64,000 nucleotides of DNA from Nitrospirota bacterium (GTDB lineage Bacteria > Nitrospirota > UBA9217): contig CAWCKW010000013.1 in NCBI GenBank assembly GCA_963796285.1, forward strand, positions 32,001-96,000. The letters run 5' to 3'. Of this stretch, positions 50,601-64,000 are shown piece after piece. The position numbers were made by a program, and so were the translations under genes. How positions within the stretch are numbered: position 1 is the stretch's first letter; every line of letters begins with the position of its first letter. The notes beneath the pieces are model-generated. The model ran no database searches, was not told the origin of the DNA, and saw nothing but the letters and a program-made list of their open reading frames with translations.

Positions 50601-51368
50601 TTACTCTTTTCTTCTGAACGATAACGCCGCAAGAGTAAGCATGACGATTGATATTGCTGTTACGACTAAAAGGTCAAGAGAGAGCGAAAATTCCGGACCA
50701 AGAGGCGGAGTGCCGTTTCTGAGCAGGACATGTTTGAACGCGTCGATACCATAGGTAAGGGGGTTGATCAGCGTAAGGTGGCGGAGCGCGGAGGGCATGG
50801 CGGTGACCGGGTACATGGCGCCGGAGAGGAACAGCATGGGCATGACGAGGAAGTTCATGATGATGTTGAACCCGTCAAATGACGTGAGCCGTACTGCTAT
50901 CAGGATCCCCAGTGAGGTGATGCAGAACGAGACGAGCAGGGCCACGGCAACGACCTCGATGAACTGCATGAAGGTGATATGGATGCCGAGGAAAGGAATG
51001 AGGACCAGGATGATGACGGCCTGGGCGACGGAGATGAGCGTTCCCGAGATGGCCTTGCCGATGACGATCGAGAGCCGCGAAATGGGCGCGACGAGCATCT
51101 CCTTCATGAACCCGAACTCCCGGTCCCATACGATCGAGATGGACGAGAAGATCGATGAGAACAGGATGGTCATGCCGATCATCCCGGGGAAGATGAACTG
51201 GAGATAGGAAAAGCCGGCCTGCGGTTTAATGAGCGAACCCATCCCATTCCCGACCACGAAGAGCCAGAGCACGGGCCGCGCAAGGGTGCCGAGGAGGCGG
51301 CTCTTTTCGCGAAAGAACTTTTTGAACTCGCGCAAGCAGATGACGTATACGGGCCGCCACTGGATCAT
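50601..51368 (-). CDS. ABC-2 type exporter permease (DrrB-like)
   Basis: WDREFGFMKEMLVAP, FLSGAMYP, NPLTYGID. Confidence 0.92.
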   Translation of the reverse strand: MIQWRPVYVICLREFKKFFREKSRLLGTLARPVLWLFVVGNGMGSLIKPQAGFSYLQFIFPGMIGMTILFSSIFSSISIVWDREFGFMKEMLVAPISRLSIVIGKAISGTLISVAQAVIILVLIPFLGIHITFMQFIEVVAVALLVSFCITSLGILIAVRLTSFDGFNIIMNFLVMPMLFLSGAMYPVTAMPSALRHLTLINPLTYGIDAFKHVLLRNGTPPLGPEFSLSLDLLVVTAISIVMLTLAALSFRRKE

Positions 51369-52348
51369 CGCTGTGCCCTCCGGTGGCTGCGCACGAACTC
51401 GCGCGTAACCTCCTTGTCATCCGCGAGAACCTCATCCCTGATCGTCCTTCCGGTAAGTTTCAGGAACACGTCATTCAGCGTCGGCTTCTTGAGACTGACG
51501 GACACGGTCTGCATGGGGAGGGAACGAAGCAGCTTCGGTATGAACTCGTCCCCTTTCTCTGTTTCGAGGACCAATCCACCGTTCTCCTCCCGTGCCGTGA
51601 TAGTAAAGACCTTCCGGATCTCTTCGATGGCCCGCCTGTTGTCAGCAGTCACGAGATGGATCACGTCGCCGTGGACCATCGCTTTGAGCCGGGCCGGGGT
51701 GTCGAGGGCAATGATCTTGCCATGGTCGATGATGGCAATGCGGTCGCAGTTCTCCGCCTCTTCCATGTAGTGCGTGGTCATGAACACGGTGATCTTTTCT
51801 TTTTTCCTGAGCATGTTGATGAAGTCCCAGATCGTGTTCCTGGTCTGCGGGTCGAGACCCAGGGTCGGCTCGTCCAGAAACAGCACACGGGGATAGTGGA
51901 GGAGACCACGGGCTATCTCGAGCCTGCGCTTCATGCCGCCGGAGAAGTTTTTGATCAAATCATGCTTCCTGCTCTGGAGTTCTACAACGCTGAGCATTTC
52001 GTCGATGCGTTTCTCGGTCAGTTTACGGTCAAGATTGTAGAGGTACGCATGGAACTTCAGGTTCTCGTAGGCGGTCAAGCCTGCGTCCAGCGTCGTATCC
52101 TGAAAGATAAGGCCGATGGACGTCCGGACTTCATCGGAGTTTTTTGCGCAGTCAAAACCCGCGATCTCGGCCGTTCCCGATGATGGAGTAAGCAGCGTGC
52201 AGAGGATGTTGATCGTAGTGGTCTTGCCCGCGCCGTTCGGGCCGAGAAAACCGAAGACCTCGCCTTCGTTCACCGAGAACGAGATACCGTCGACGGCAAT
52301 GAGGGACTTGAATTGTTTTGAGAGATTTTGGACGTTGATGATCGTCAT
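51365..52348 (-). CDS. ABC exporter ATPase (DrrA-like)
   Basis: GPNGAGKTT, FSGGMKRRLEIARG, LDEPTLGLDPQ. Confidence 0.94.
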   Translation of the reverse strand: MTIINVQNLSKQFKSLIAVDGISFSVNEGEVFGFLGPNGAGKTTTINILCTLLTPSSGTAEIAGFDCAKNSDEVRTSIGLIFQDTTLDAGLTAYENLKFHAYLYNLDRKLTEKRIDEMLSVVELQSRKHDLIKNFSGGMKRRLEIARGLLHYPRVLFLDEPTLGLDPQTRNTIWDFINMLRKKEKITVFMTTHYMEEAENCDRIAIIDHGKIIALDTPARLKAMVHGDVIHLVTADNRRAIEEIRKVFTITAREENGGLVLETEKGDEFIPKLLRSLPMQTVSVSLKKPTLNDVFLKLTGRTIRDEVLADDKEVTREFVRSHRRAQR

Positions 52349-52437
52349 AGTGAAAGGTTCAAGGTTGAAAATTCATATGCACATGATTTCGAACTCTGAA
52401 CATTCCGCACTCCGAACTCCGCACTCTGCTGTATAAG

Positions 52438-54015
52438 CTACCACTCCATCCTATTCTTCGGCACATACCATTCTCTGAAGTTGTAGAAGATGCCGAGCGG
52501 CGCGACCTCGATACCCTTGAACCGTTTGTGCACGATCGGTGTCGCATCGGGGACATAGAGGAATGCGTAGGGCTGCTCTTCCGCCAGGATCTCGTGGATA
52601 CGGTAATAGATCTTCTTGCGTTTTTCAATATCAAAGGTACGGCGGCCTTCCACCAACAAGCGGTCCACCTCGGCATTCTTATAACTGATGAAGTTGTATT
52701 CGCCCTTTTTGGTCTTGCTCGAATGCCAGATGTCGTAGAGGTCCGGGTCGCGGCTCATGCTCCATCCGAGGATCATGGCGTCGAAGGACCGCTTATCGAT
52801 CTGCTCAAGGAACGCCTGCCACTCCATGACCCGGATGTTGACGTCTATGCCCACTGCTTTCAGGTTTTGCTGGATGATCTCCGCAGTGCGGATGCGCTCG
52901 CTATTCCCCTGATTGGTCATGATCGTGAAGCGGAAGTGTCTGCCATCTTTCTCGAGAATGCCGTCGTTGTTCGTATCCTTCCATCCTGCTTCAGCGAGCA
53001 TGCGGCGCGCGCGTTCGGGATCGTAATCATAGCTCCTTGCATTCGGATTATAGGCCCAGGAAACGTCAGAGTAGGGTCCGGTGCACGGTCTGCCAATGCC
53101 GAGGAGCACGCCGTCAATGATATTTCCCCTATTGATCGCATAAGAGAGCGCCTGCCTTACTTTAATGTCGGTGAACAGGGGGTTGGTCAGGTTGTAGCCC
53201 ATGTAGGTGAAGGCATTGGCAGGATAACGGAACTTGCGGTAGTTCTCCTTGATCCTGCGCGTCTCGCTCTTCCGCAGATACTGCAGCGGGTTCAGGCCCA
53301 TCATGTCTACTCCGCCGGAGAGCAGTTCCTGAAACATGGTTGAGCTGTCGGGGATGATCCGGAAGATGAACTGGTCGATCTTCGGTCTGCCCTCGAAGTA
53401 ATCGTCATTCGCCGCGAGCACGATCTTCTGCCCGGCGATCCATTCCTTAAACCGGTAGGGTCCGGTGCCGATGGGATTCCGGTTGAAGGCATCCGTGTTG
53501 ATGTCCTTGCCTTCCAGAAGATGCTTCGGGAGCATGCCCATGTTCCAGCTCTCGAGCGCGGGGGAAAACGGCTCTTTATAGGTCACCCGGAAGATATCCT
53601 TGCTCACGACCTCGGCCTTCAAAACATCCATGTAAGAGCTGCTGTAAGGCGTGGCCACCTTCGGGTCGATGAGCCTTTGATAGGTGAACAAACAGTCTTC
53701 AGCCGTGAATTCCACTCCGTCGTGCCACTTGACGCCTTTTCTCAGGTAAAACGTGATGGTCTTGCCGCTGTTCGTTACCTCCCACCGTTCCGCGAGGTCG
53801 CCGATGAGCTTGATGTCCTTGTCATACTTCACAAGGCCGTTGAAGATCTGATCATCGATCGTGCCGGACGCCGCATCGTTAGCGATGACCGGGTTCAGCC
53901 TCCGCGCATCGCCGATGGAGCTTTCGACAAAGGTATTCGGGCTCCGCTCGGCCTTTTGAACGCAGGCGGGAAGGAGAAGAAGAATCGGGAGTAGGTAGAG
54001 GAAATGATTTCTCAT
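52438..54015 (-). CDS. peptide/nickel ABC substrate-binding lipoprotein (SBP family 5)
   Basis: LPAC lipobox, LRKGVKWHDG, PIGTGPY, VRQALSYAINR. Confidence 0.92.
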   Translation of the reverse strand: MRNHFLYLLPILLLLPACVQKAERSPNTFVESSIGDARRLNPVIANDAASGTIDDQIFNGLVKYDKDIKLIGDLAERWEVTNSGKTITFYLRKGVKWHDGVEFTAEDCLFTYQRLIDPKVATPYSSSYMDVLKAEVVSKDIFRVTYKEPFSPALESWNMGMLPKHLLEGKDINTDAFNRNPIGTGPYRFKEWIAGQKIVLAANDDYFEGRPKIDQFIFRIIPDSSTMFQELLSGGVDMMGLNPLQYLRKSETRRIKENYRKFRYPANAFTYMGYNLTNPLFTDIKVRQALSYAINRGNIIDGVLLGIGRPCTGPYSDVSWAYNPNARSYDYDPERARRMLAEAGWKDTNNDGILEKDGRHFRFTIMTNQGNSERIRTAEIIQQNLKAVGIDVNIRVMEWQAFLEQIDKRSFDAMILGWSMSRDPDLYDIWHSSKTKKGEYNFISYKNAEVDRLLVEGRRTFDIEKRKKIYYRIHEILAEEQPYAFLYVPDATPIVHKRFKGIEVAPLGIFYNFREWYVPKNRMEW

Positions 54016-54180
54016 TCTAAAGTATCGAAATACCATCAACGGGGTCGTTGCGAGAAGGAAGATTCCTCATGTTGTTGGGAACAGGTGTCGCGATCTCTTC
54101 TTTGAGAGGCGAGATTGCCGCTATGCCGCTGTTCGTTCGCAATGACGGTTATCTGTATCTTTCCGAAATAGGCTCATCCA

Positions 54181-54210
54181 AAAACAAAAAGGGTAGGCAA
54201 GGCCTACCCC
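54181..54210 (-). terminator. terminator after secG
   Basis: GGGTAGGC-CTT-GCCTACCC-TTTTTGTTTTT on the minus strand. Confidence 0.75.
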
Positions 54211-54244
54211 GTGATTTGTGCATCAATTAGAACTGCATGTGATG

Positions 54245-54580
54245 CTATTTTGCCGGTGCCGGTGCAACGGGCATCTGGGTGGGCGGCGCGAGCGGCACTG
54301 GCGGCGCAGTCTGCGTCTTCTCCTGCTTCACACCTTCCATGATCGAACTCCTCTTCGCCGTGGTAAACGCAAGCGTGAGCGAGGTGATCATGAAGATGAC
54401 CGCTGCGCCTGTCGTGAGCTTGGACAGGAAGCTCTGCGCGCCCCGGGGACCGAACACGGTCTGGGAAGCGCCGCCGAAGGCCGCACCGATATCAGCACCC
54501 TTGCCTTTCTGCAAGAGAACCATGGATATCAAAATGGCCGATACGGTGACGTGGAGAGTGATCAAAAAAATGCGTAACAT
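54245..54580 (-). CDS. secG: preprotein translocase subunit SecG
   Basis: [25 protein letters not shown]; downstream of tpiA. Confidence 0.95.
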   Translation of the reverse strand: MLRIFLITLHVTVSAILISMVLLQKGKGADIGAAFGGASQTVFGPRGAQSFLSKLTTGAAVIFMITSLTLAFTTAKRSSIMEGVKQEKTQTAPPVPLAPPTQMPVAPAPAK

Positions 54581-54762
54581 TACTACCTCCCGATGAATAA
54601 ATTCTAAAAGCTAAAATCTAAGTTCTAAACACTATCTATTTCCAAATGCTCAAACTTTTTTTCAATATTGGAACTTGTCTGGTATCCAGATCTTCGGGTT
54701 AATGCTTTTCCTTCGCGTCCCTTCGACTATACTCAGGGCTGGCATCTGCGTTTAAAACACTT

Positions 54763-55524
54763 CTATTTGAACGTGACGAGTGCCGCGAACGACTCCGGTT
54801 TCAGGCTCGCGCCGCCGACGAGGGCGCCATCGATGTCCGGCATGGCCATAAGTGTAGAAACGTTTTCCGGTGTCACACTTCCACCATACTGGATGCGGAG
54901 GGAATCCGCGACCACCCTGCCGTACGTGACTTCAACCTTCTTCCGGATAAAATTGTGAATCTCGTTCGCCTGCTCCGGTGTCGCGGTTTTGCCGGTGCCG
55001 ATGGCCCAGATGGGCTCGTACGCGATCACGATCTTCTGCATCTCGGCAGCGTTCACGCCCTTGAGCGCGCCCGTGACCTGGCGGTCGATCACTTCGTTCG
55101 CCTTGCCTGCCTCACGTTCCTTCAAGAGTTCGCCCACGCAGACGATCGGGAGCAGCCCCTTATTCAGGGCCTGCCGGACTTTCTTGTTCACCGTCTCGTC
55201 GGTCTCGCCGAAGAACTGCCGGCGCTCACTGTGGCCTATAATAACATATTTACAGCCTAAATCCAACAGCATTTCAGCTGAAACCTCGCCGGTAAAGGCT
55301 CCCTTGTCCTCCCAGAACAGGTTCTGGGCCGCAAGCGCCATGTTCGTGCCCTTGACGGCAATGGCCACGGTTGAAAGCGCCGTAAAGGGAGGTGCAAGCA
55401 CGATGTCTCTGTCCGTGACGCCCGACACAAGCGACGCGAGCCTGGTGGCCAGGTCGCGGGCCTCGGTTGTGGTTTTGTTCATCTTCCAGTTGCCTGCAAT
55501 GATGGGACGTCGTTTTGGATTCAT
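54763..55524 (-). CDS. tpiA: triosephosphate isomerase
   Basis: AGNWKMN, GHSERR, AYEPIWAIGTG, YGGSV. Confidence 0.98.
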   Translation of the reverse strand: MNPKRRPIIAGNWKMNKTTTEARDLATRLASLVSGVTDRDIVLAPPFTALSTVAIAVKGTNMALAAQNLFWEDKGAFTGEVSAEMLLDLGCKYVIIGHSERRQFFGETDETVNKKVRQALNKGLLPIVCVGELLKEREAGKANEVIDRQVTGALKGVNAAEMQKIVIAYEPIWAIGTGKTATPEQANEIHNFIRKKVEVTYGRVVADSLRIQYGGSVTPENVSTLMAMPDIDGALVGGASLKPESFAALVTFK

Positions 55525-55632
55525 AGAAACCCCTTGTCTGTCGCAGAGTCGCAGAGGGCGCTGAGAAAAGATTCAAGACGTAAACCTCAAGGCTTAACTC
55601 TCTGCGATCTCTGCATCTCCGCGAGAATTTTT

Positions 55633-56826
55633 TTACTCTTTATCGTCCGTCAACGCCGCGAGCCCCGGCAGTTCCTTGCCTTCCAGCAGCTCGAGCGATG
55701 CGCCGCCGCCGGTGGAGATGAACGTGATGCTGTCTGACACGCCTGCCTTATGCACTGCCACGTCCGTGTCGCCTCCGCCCACAATGGTTGTCGCGTATGC
55801 ATCCGCAACCGATCGCGCGATCGCGAAGGTTCCGCGTGAGTAGGCGTCCTTCTCGAACATGCCCATGGGGCCGTTCCAAATGATGGTCTTGGCGTCCTGG
55901 ATGGCCTCCGCGAAAAGGCGGGTCGTTGCCGGGCCAATGTCAAGACCCACCCATCCCTTGGGGATCTCCTGGGACGTCACGATCTTCGTCGCCGCCCCTT
56001 CCTCCATGCTCTCCGCGACAACAAAGTCCACGGGCAGGAAAAATTTGACGCCCTTGTCACGGACGCCCTTTCTGAGACGCTGCGCCATTTCAAGCATGTC
56101 CTCTTCCACGAGGGAGTTGCCTACTTCCTGGCCACGGGCCTTGATAAAAGTAAAGGCCATGGCGCCGCCGACGATGATCTTGTCCGCCTTGTTCTGGAGG
56201 TTTTCGATCACGCCGATCTTGCCCGAGACCTTTGCCCCGCCAAGGATGACCACGAAGGGCCGCACGGGATTGGCAACGGTCTTCTGGAGATAATCGATCT
56301 CCTTCTTCATAAGGAAACCCGCCACTGACTGCTTTATAAACTTCGTGATGCCGTACGTGGAGGCATGGGCCCGGTGGGCTGTACCGAAGGCATCGTTCAC
56401 GTAGATATCGGTGAACGCAGCGAGGGCCTTGGAAAATCCCTCATCGTTCTTCTCTTCCTCGGGATGGAACCGGAGGTTCTCAAGCAGCAGTACGTCGCCG
56501 GGCCGCATGCCCTGGACTAGATGCTCTACATCAGGGCCAATACAGTCCTTGGCGAATTTCACCTCTTTATTCAGAAGACGGTTCAGCCGCAGGGCGACCG
56601 GAGCCAGGCTGTATTTGGCGTTAGGCTTGCCCTTGGGCCGCCCCAGGTGCGATGCGAGGATCACCTTGGCGCCCGCATCAAGGGCATAGTTGATCGTCGG
56701 GAGTGTTGAGCGGATCCTGGTGTCGTCGGTGATGTTGCCGTTCTCGTCGAGCGGCACATTGAAGTCCGCGCGGATGAAGACCCGCTTGCCCTTGAGGTCG
56801 ACTTTTTCTATGGTCTTTTTGTCCAT
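55633..56826 (-). CDS. pgk: phosphoglycerate kinase
   Basis: DFNVP, SHLGRP, LENLRF, WNGPMG, STGGGA. Confidence 0.98.
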   Translation of the reverse strand: MDKKTIEKVDLKGKRVFIRADFNVPLDENGNITDDTRIRSTLPTINYALDAGAKVILASHLGRPKGKPNAKYSLAPVALRLNRLLNKEVKFAKDCIGPDVEHLVQGMRPGDVLLLENLRFHPEEEKNDEGFSKALAAFTDIYVNDAFGTAHRAHASTYGITKFIKQSVAGFLMKKEIDYLQKTVANPVRPFVVILGGAKVSGKIGVIENLQNKADKIIVGGAMAFTFIKARGQEVGNSLVEEDMLEMAQRLRKGVRDKGVKFFLPVDFVVAESMEEGAATKIVTSQEIPKGWVGLDIGPATTRLFAEAIQDAKTIIWNGPMGMFEKDAYSRGTFAIARSVADAYATTIVGGGDTDVAVHKAGVSDSITFISTGGGASLELLEGKELPGLAALTDDKE

Positions 56827-56914
56827 TAATTATTCCAAAAAATAACCACAGAGTACACCGAGAACCAAGCCGAGCTTTATTCTCTGTGATCTCTGTGGTA
56901 AAGCTTTTTCAATA

Positions 56915-58000
<1,086 letters not shown>

Positions 58001-58023
58001 CTACGTGACCCTTGACCCTTTGT

Positions 58024-59349
58024 TTATTCTATCCTATGCATCACGAGCCCCGTCAGGAGCTTGGGAAAGAAGTACGTTGCTTTCTGCGGCATGCGTTCTC
58101 CTGCGTCTGCGACTTCCTTCACCTCACGCACCTTCGTGGGGTTCATGAAGAATACGACCTCGGCAGCATTGTCGTGCATCCGTTTGTCTGCCTCTTCAGC
58201 ATCCTTGATATATTCTATATTGAGACCCATCTTGTGGGTCTCCATCTTGATCCCCAGTAATTTGTCAATGATCAGGTGGTGCAGGATCGAGACATCAAGC
58301 CTCCGGTACGCCTGAGATTTGTCAGTCAGCAATGCGTCCATGTCCGTCTCATTCCGCAGGGTCAGCAAATAGTAACTCTGCTCGCCCTTGACCCGCATGC
58401 CGAACACGTGGGCATGGTCCGCGCGATGCGCCATGGTGTCCAGGATCGTCAGAAGGTCCTTGGACTCGGATCTCTTGTCGAAATCGATGCGCTCGATGTC
58501 GAAATACCGGTTCAGGTCATCCTCAAAGCGCCGGGCGTCGAAGTCCCTGAGATTAAAGAGAGCGCGGTGCGCCGGGAGTATGGTGAGCCCGGGGTCTTCA
58601 AGCCTCGCCAGGAACATCGCGACATAGTTAAATCCTTCATCGCCCGTGAACCTGTCAAATGCCTTGCGTTGTTCATTTCGATACTTCAGCGCCGTATCAT
58701 AGCGGTGATGGCCGTCCGCAATGAAAACAGGCTTGTCCGCGAGTTCATGGGTAATGGCTTCGATACTGTTCTTGTCGCTTAAAGACCACATGCGATGTAC
58801 AACGCCGTCGCTGTGCCTCACTTCCATCTCAGATTTTCTGGTAACCTTCGCAAGGACATTTGCAACCGTGCCCTGGGGGTCCGAGAAGAGCGAGAATATC
58901 TGGCTGAAGCTCGCCTTGCATTGGCGCAGCAGGTTTAAACGGTCGGTCTTGGGGCCTGAGAGCGTTGTCTCGTGCGGCTTCACGATTCCTGAATCGTAAT
59001 CCTCGATCCTGACCAGGCAAATGATGCCCCGCAGGTACTTGGCGGCTTTTCCGGCCTTGTACTCCATCTCGTATACATAGAAAGCCGGGTCCTTACGCTG
59101 TTGCAGTATCGTGGTTCGCGACCAGTCTTCCAGAACAGCGGCTGCCCGGGTGTACCGGTTGTCCTCGTCGCCATCCGCAGGACTTGTCAGGCCATATTCA
59201 AGCCGGATCACATTATAGGGGCTTTTCCGGTAAAGTTCCTGCTGTTCAGCCGGGGAAATGATATCATATGGTGGACAGACTAGTGTTTCTATCGCGCCAG
59301 CCTTGCTTTCATTGTATACGATTCCCCGGAAGGGGGCTATTTTCGCCAT
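58024..59349 (-). CDS. DUF1015 family protein
   Basis: PPYDII, PHETT, IADGHHRY, MPQKATYFFPK. Confidence 0.92.
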   Translation of the reverse strand: MAKIAPFRGIVYNESKAGAIETLVCPPYDIISPAEQQELYRKSPYNVIRLEYGLTSPADGDEDNRYTRAAAVLEDWSRTTILQQRKDPAFYVYEMEYKAGKAAKYLRGIICLVRIEDYDSGIVKPHETTLSGPKTDRLNLLRQCKASFSQIFSLFSDPQGTVANVLAKVTRKSEMEVRHSDGVVHRMWSLSDKNSIEAITHELADKPVFIADGHHRYDTALKYRNEQRKAFDRFTGDEGFNYVAMFLARLEDPGLTILPAHRALFNLRDFDARRFEDDLNRYFDIERIDFDKRSESKDLLTILDTMAHRADHAHVFGMRVKGEQSYYLLTLRNETDMDALLTDKSQAYRRLDVSILHHLIIDKLLGIKMETHKMGLNIEYIKDAEEADKRMHDNAAEVVFFMNPTKVREVKEVADAGERMPQKATYFFPKLLTGLVMHRIE

Positions 59350-59535
59350 TTATCGATTCCTTGCCGGAAAAACCCGCAGTATTGAAGCCTCAAAAGACTT
59401 CTTTTATATCACAGCGCCTGTTTTAATGTCAATACATTTTGCAGGGCAATTGACCGAACGATGAGGAATTTCAGAATGGAGTCAATTATTTCCGCAACTT
59501 TCTGCCTGTCGCGGCACCATTGTTAGTAGCATGTA

Positions 59536-60567
59536 TTAGAAATCATTGATCGCATCGATCAGGCTCCGGAGCCGTCCGAAGTTCTGGCGGTTGAAATCCA
59601 CCACGAGCCTGGGTAGATGGGATATTTCCGTCTCATCCTTTTCCTCGGGCAGAGGGCCCGAAAGAATGATGTTTCCCTGGGGCACCAGAATATCCTGAAA
59701 CCGTTCCTTGAGCTTCTGAATATGGTGTTGCGCAAGAACCGAAGTCAGACGGAATACGAGATGGCCATTCACAAACCTCATGCTGTGGTAGCGGCTGTAA
59801 AATCGGTTGATCTGGTTGACCGCGGCTTCCACGGAGTTGACCCGCTCGAAGAGCGAAAAATCCGTATCGCTAATGTATCCATGGGCATGAAGCTCGTTCT
59901 TGATGAACTTGATCCAATTTGTCCAGTAGGTGCCTCCAGGCTCGTCCACGAGCACGAGCGGCAGGGGATTGCGTTTACCCGTCTGGACCAGCGTGAGCGT
60001 CTCCATGGCCTCGTCGAGAGTGCCGAATCCGCCGGGGAAGAGCGCCACCGCGTCCGCTTCCTTAAGGAAAGCCACCTTGCGGTTGAAAAAGTACTTGTAC
60101 GTGATGAGCCGCGGGTTACCCTCGAGCACGGGGTTCGGTTTCTGTTCAAAGGGGAGGCGGATGTTCACGCCGAAGGAGTGCTCTGGCCCTGCGCCTTCGT
60201 TCACCGCCTGCATGATGCCTGCCCCGCCGCCGGTGATGACCATGTAACCTGACTCGGCGAGCATCCTGCCGAAATCGCGCGCCATAGCATAGACGGGGTC
60301 ATCGGAATGCGTCCGCGCTGATCCGAAGACCGTTACTTTGCGCACGTTCCGATAGGGTCCGAAAATCTTGGAGGTGAACCGCATCTCCTTCAGCGTCGTG
60401 TTCATGAGCTTGAGGTCCGCGCTTTCGTCATCTTCCTGGCCGGCCTTGAGCGCGGCCAGGATCATTTCACGCACATACTCCGGCCGTTTGATGCCTTCGG
60501 CGGTCTCTATTAATCTGTCAATGGTCTCGTCAACGAGGCCGTTGGTCTTGGTAAAATGAAGTTTCAT
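59536..60567 (-). CDS. LOG-family (TIGR00730-like) nucleotide-binding protein
   Basis: VFGSAR, TGGGAGIM, PGGFGTLDE. Confidence 0.92.
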   Translation of the reverse strand: MKLHFTKTNGLVDETIDRLIETAEGIKRPEYVREMILAALKAGQEDDESADLKLMNTTLKEMRFTSKIFGPYRNVRKVTVFGSARTHSDDPVYAMARDFGRMLAESGYMVITGGGAGIMQAVNEGAGPEHSFGVNIRLPFEQKPNPVLEGNPRLITYKYFFNRKVAFLKEADAVALFPGGFGTLDEAMETLTLVQTGKRNPLPLVLVDEPGGTYWTNWIKFIKNELHAHGYISDTDFSLFERVNSVEAAVNQINRFYSRYHSMRFVNGHLVFRLTSVLAQHHIQKLKERFQDILVPQGNIILSGPLPEEKDETEISHLPRLVVDFNRQNFGRLRSLIDAINDF

Positions 60568-60916
60568 CGATCGTATTCACTCCTTGCTTTGATGAGTCAG
60601 GGAAGCATCATAAACTTTTTTGAGTTTTTTGTCGAGAGCGAATACTAATTCCAAAGAGAAACGCATCGGCTCTCATAGAGGTATTGACGGATCAAAGAGA
60701 ACATGAATTCCGCTGATTTCCAAGCGTCTTCCGCGTCCGTTGCGATAAAATATTTTGATGATACTTGTTTTGACCGGCGGAGGGCCGGTCTGGCACGCAG
60801 GATTTAATTTTCACTATTCATCGTCTATGCAAAGCCCGAGGACATAAAACAATGACCATACATTTCACAAACTCTCTCTGAGGTTGCGGGACACATATAA
60901 CTGTATCCCGCCGACG

Positions 60917-60951
60917 CAAAAAAAAGCCCATCATCGATTGATGATGGGCTT
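60917..60951 (-). terminator. rRNA operon terminator
   Basis: AGCCCATCATC-AATC-GATGATGGGCT plus a T-run on the minus strand. Confidence 0.85.
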
Positions 60952-60960
60952 GAAAAATAT

Positions 60961-61078
<118 letters not shown>

Positions 61079-61154
61079 AACCTTATGGTAATGTTTGACA
61101 CTGAATATGCAAGGATTACTTCGAAAAGCCGAATCTGTCAGAAGCAAAAAATTA

Positions 61155-64000
<2,846 letters not shown>

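Overview
Chromosomal window of an anaerobic, dsr-encoding bacterium. Gene style and the dsrABD-N-C-T-MKJOP arrangement suggest Nitrospirota/Thermodesulfovibrionia; this is inference. Layout: (1) 1-12.9 kb, a co-oriented minus-strand accessory island of small membrane and stress-type genes (CsbD x2, BON, lmo0937-like x2 plus a pseudogene, DUF3309 x2, Thivi_2564, DUF3185, DUF4398/OmpA, Spy/CpxP, ABM, TMEM175), with a PAS-sigma54 activator, a candidate sigma54 promoter plus enhancer palindrome, and an IS21 istB scar at the border. (2) acs, coaD, rsmD, nfeD-stomatin. (3) A selenocysteine formate dehydrogenase fdnGHI. (4) A 12.4-kb dissimilatory sulfite reductase locus that combines reducer markers (dsrD, dsrT) with a dsrH-E-F-like triad and two near-identical ferredoxins differing at one cluster ligand (Cys vs Asp). 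(5) osmC-like, cysE, ispFD, an orphan MglA-like GTPase, a candidate structured RNA and a Lon-like protease. (6) An NHL/Ig/FN3 surface lipoprotein with a G11 tract and an 8-Cys tip, separated from its promoter by an IS200 element. (7) ABC genes, secG-tpiA-pgk-gap, DUF1015, LOG, 5S rRNA and most of the 23S rRNA. Eleven +1 frameshifts in six otherwise intact genes look like sequencing insertion errors. Many intergenic spacers hold REP-like palindromes. No CRISPR array or tRNA was seen. All family calls come from motif recognition by eye, not from database searches.
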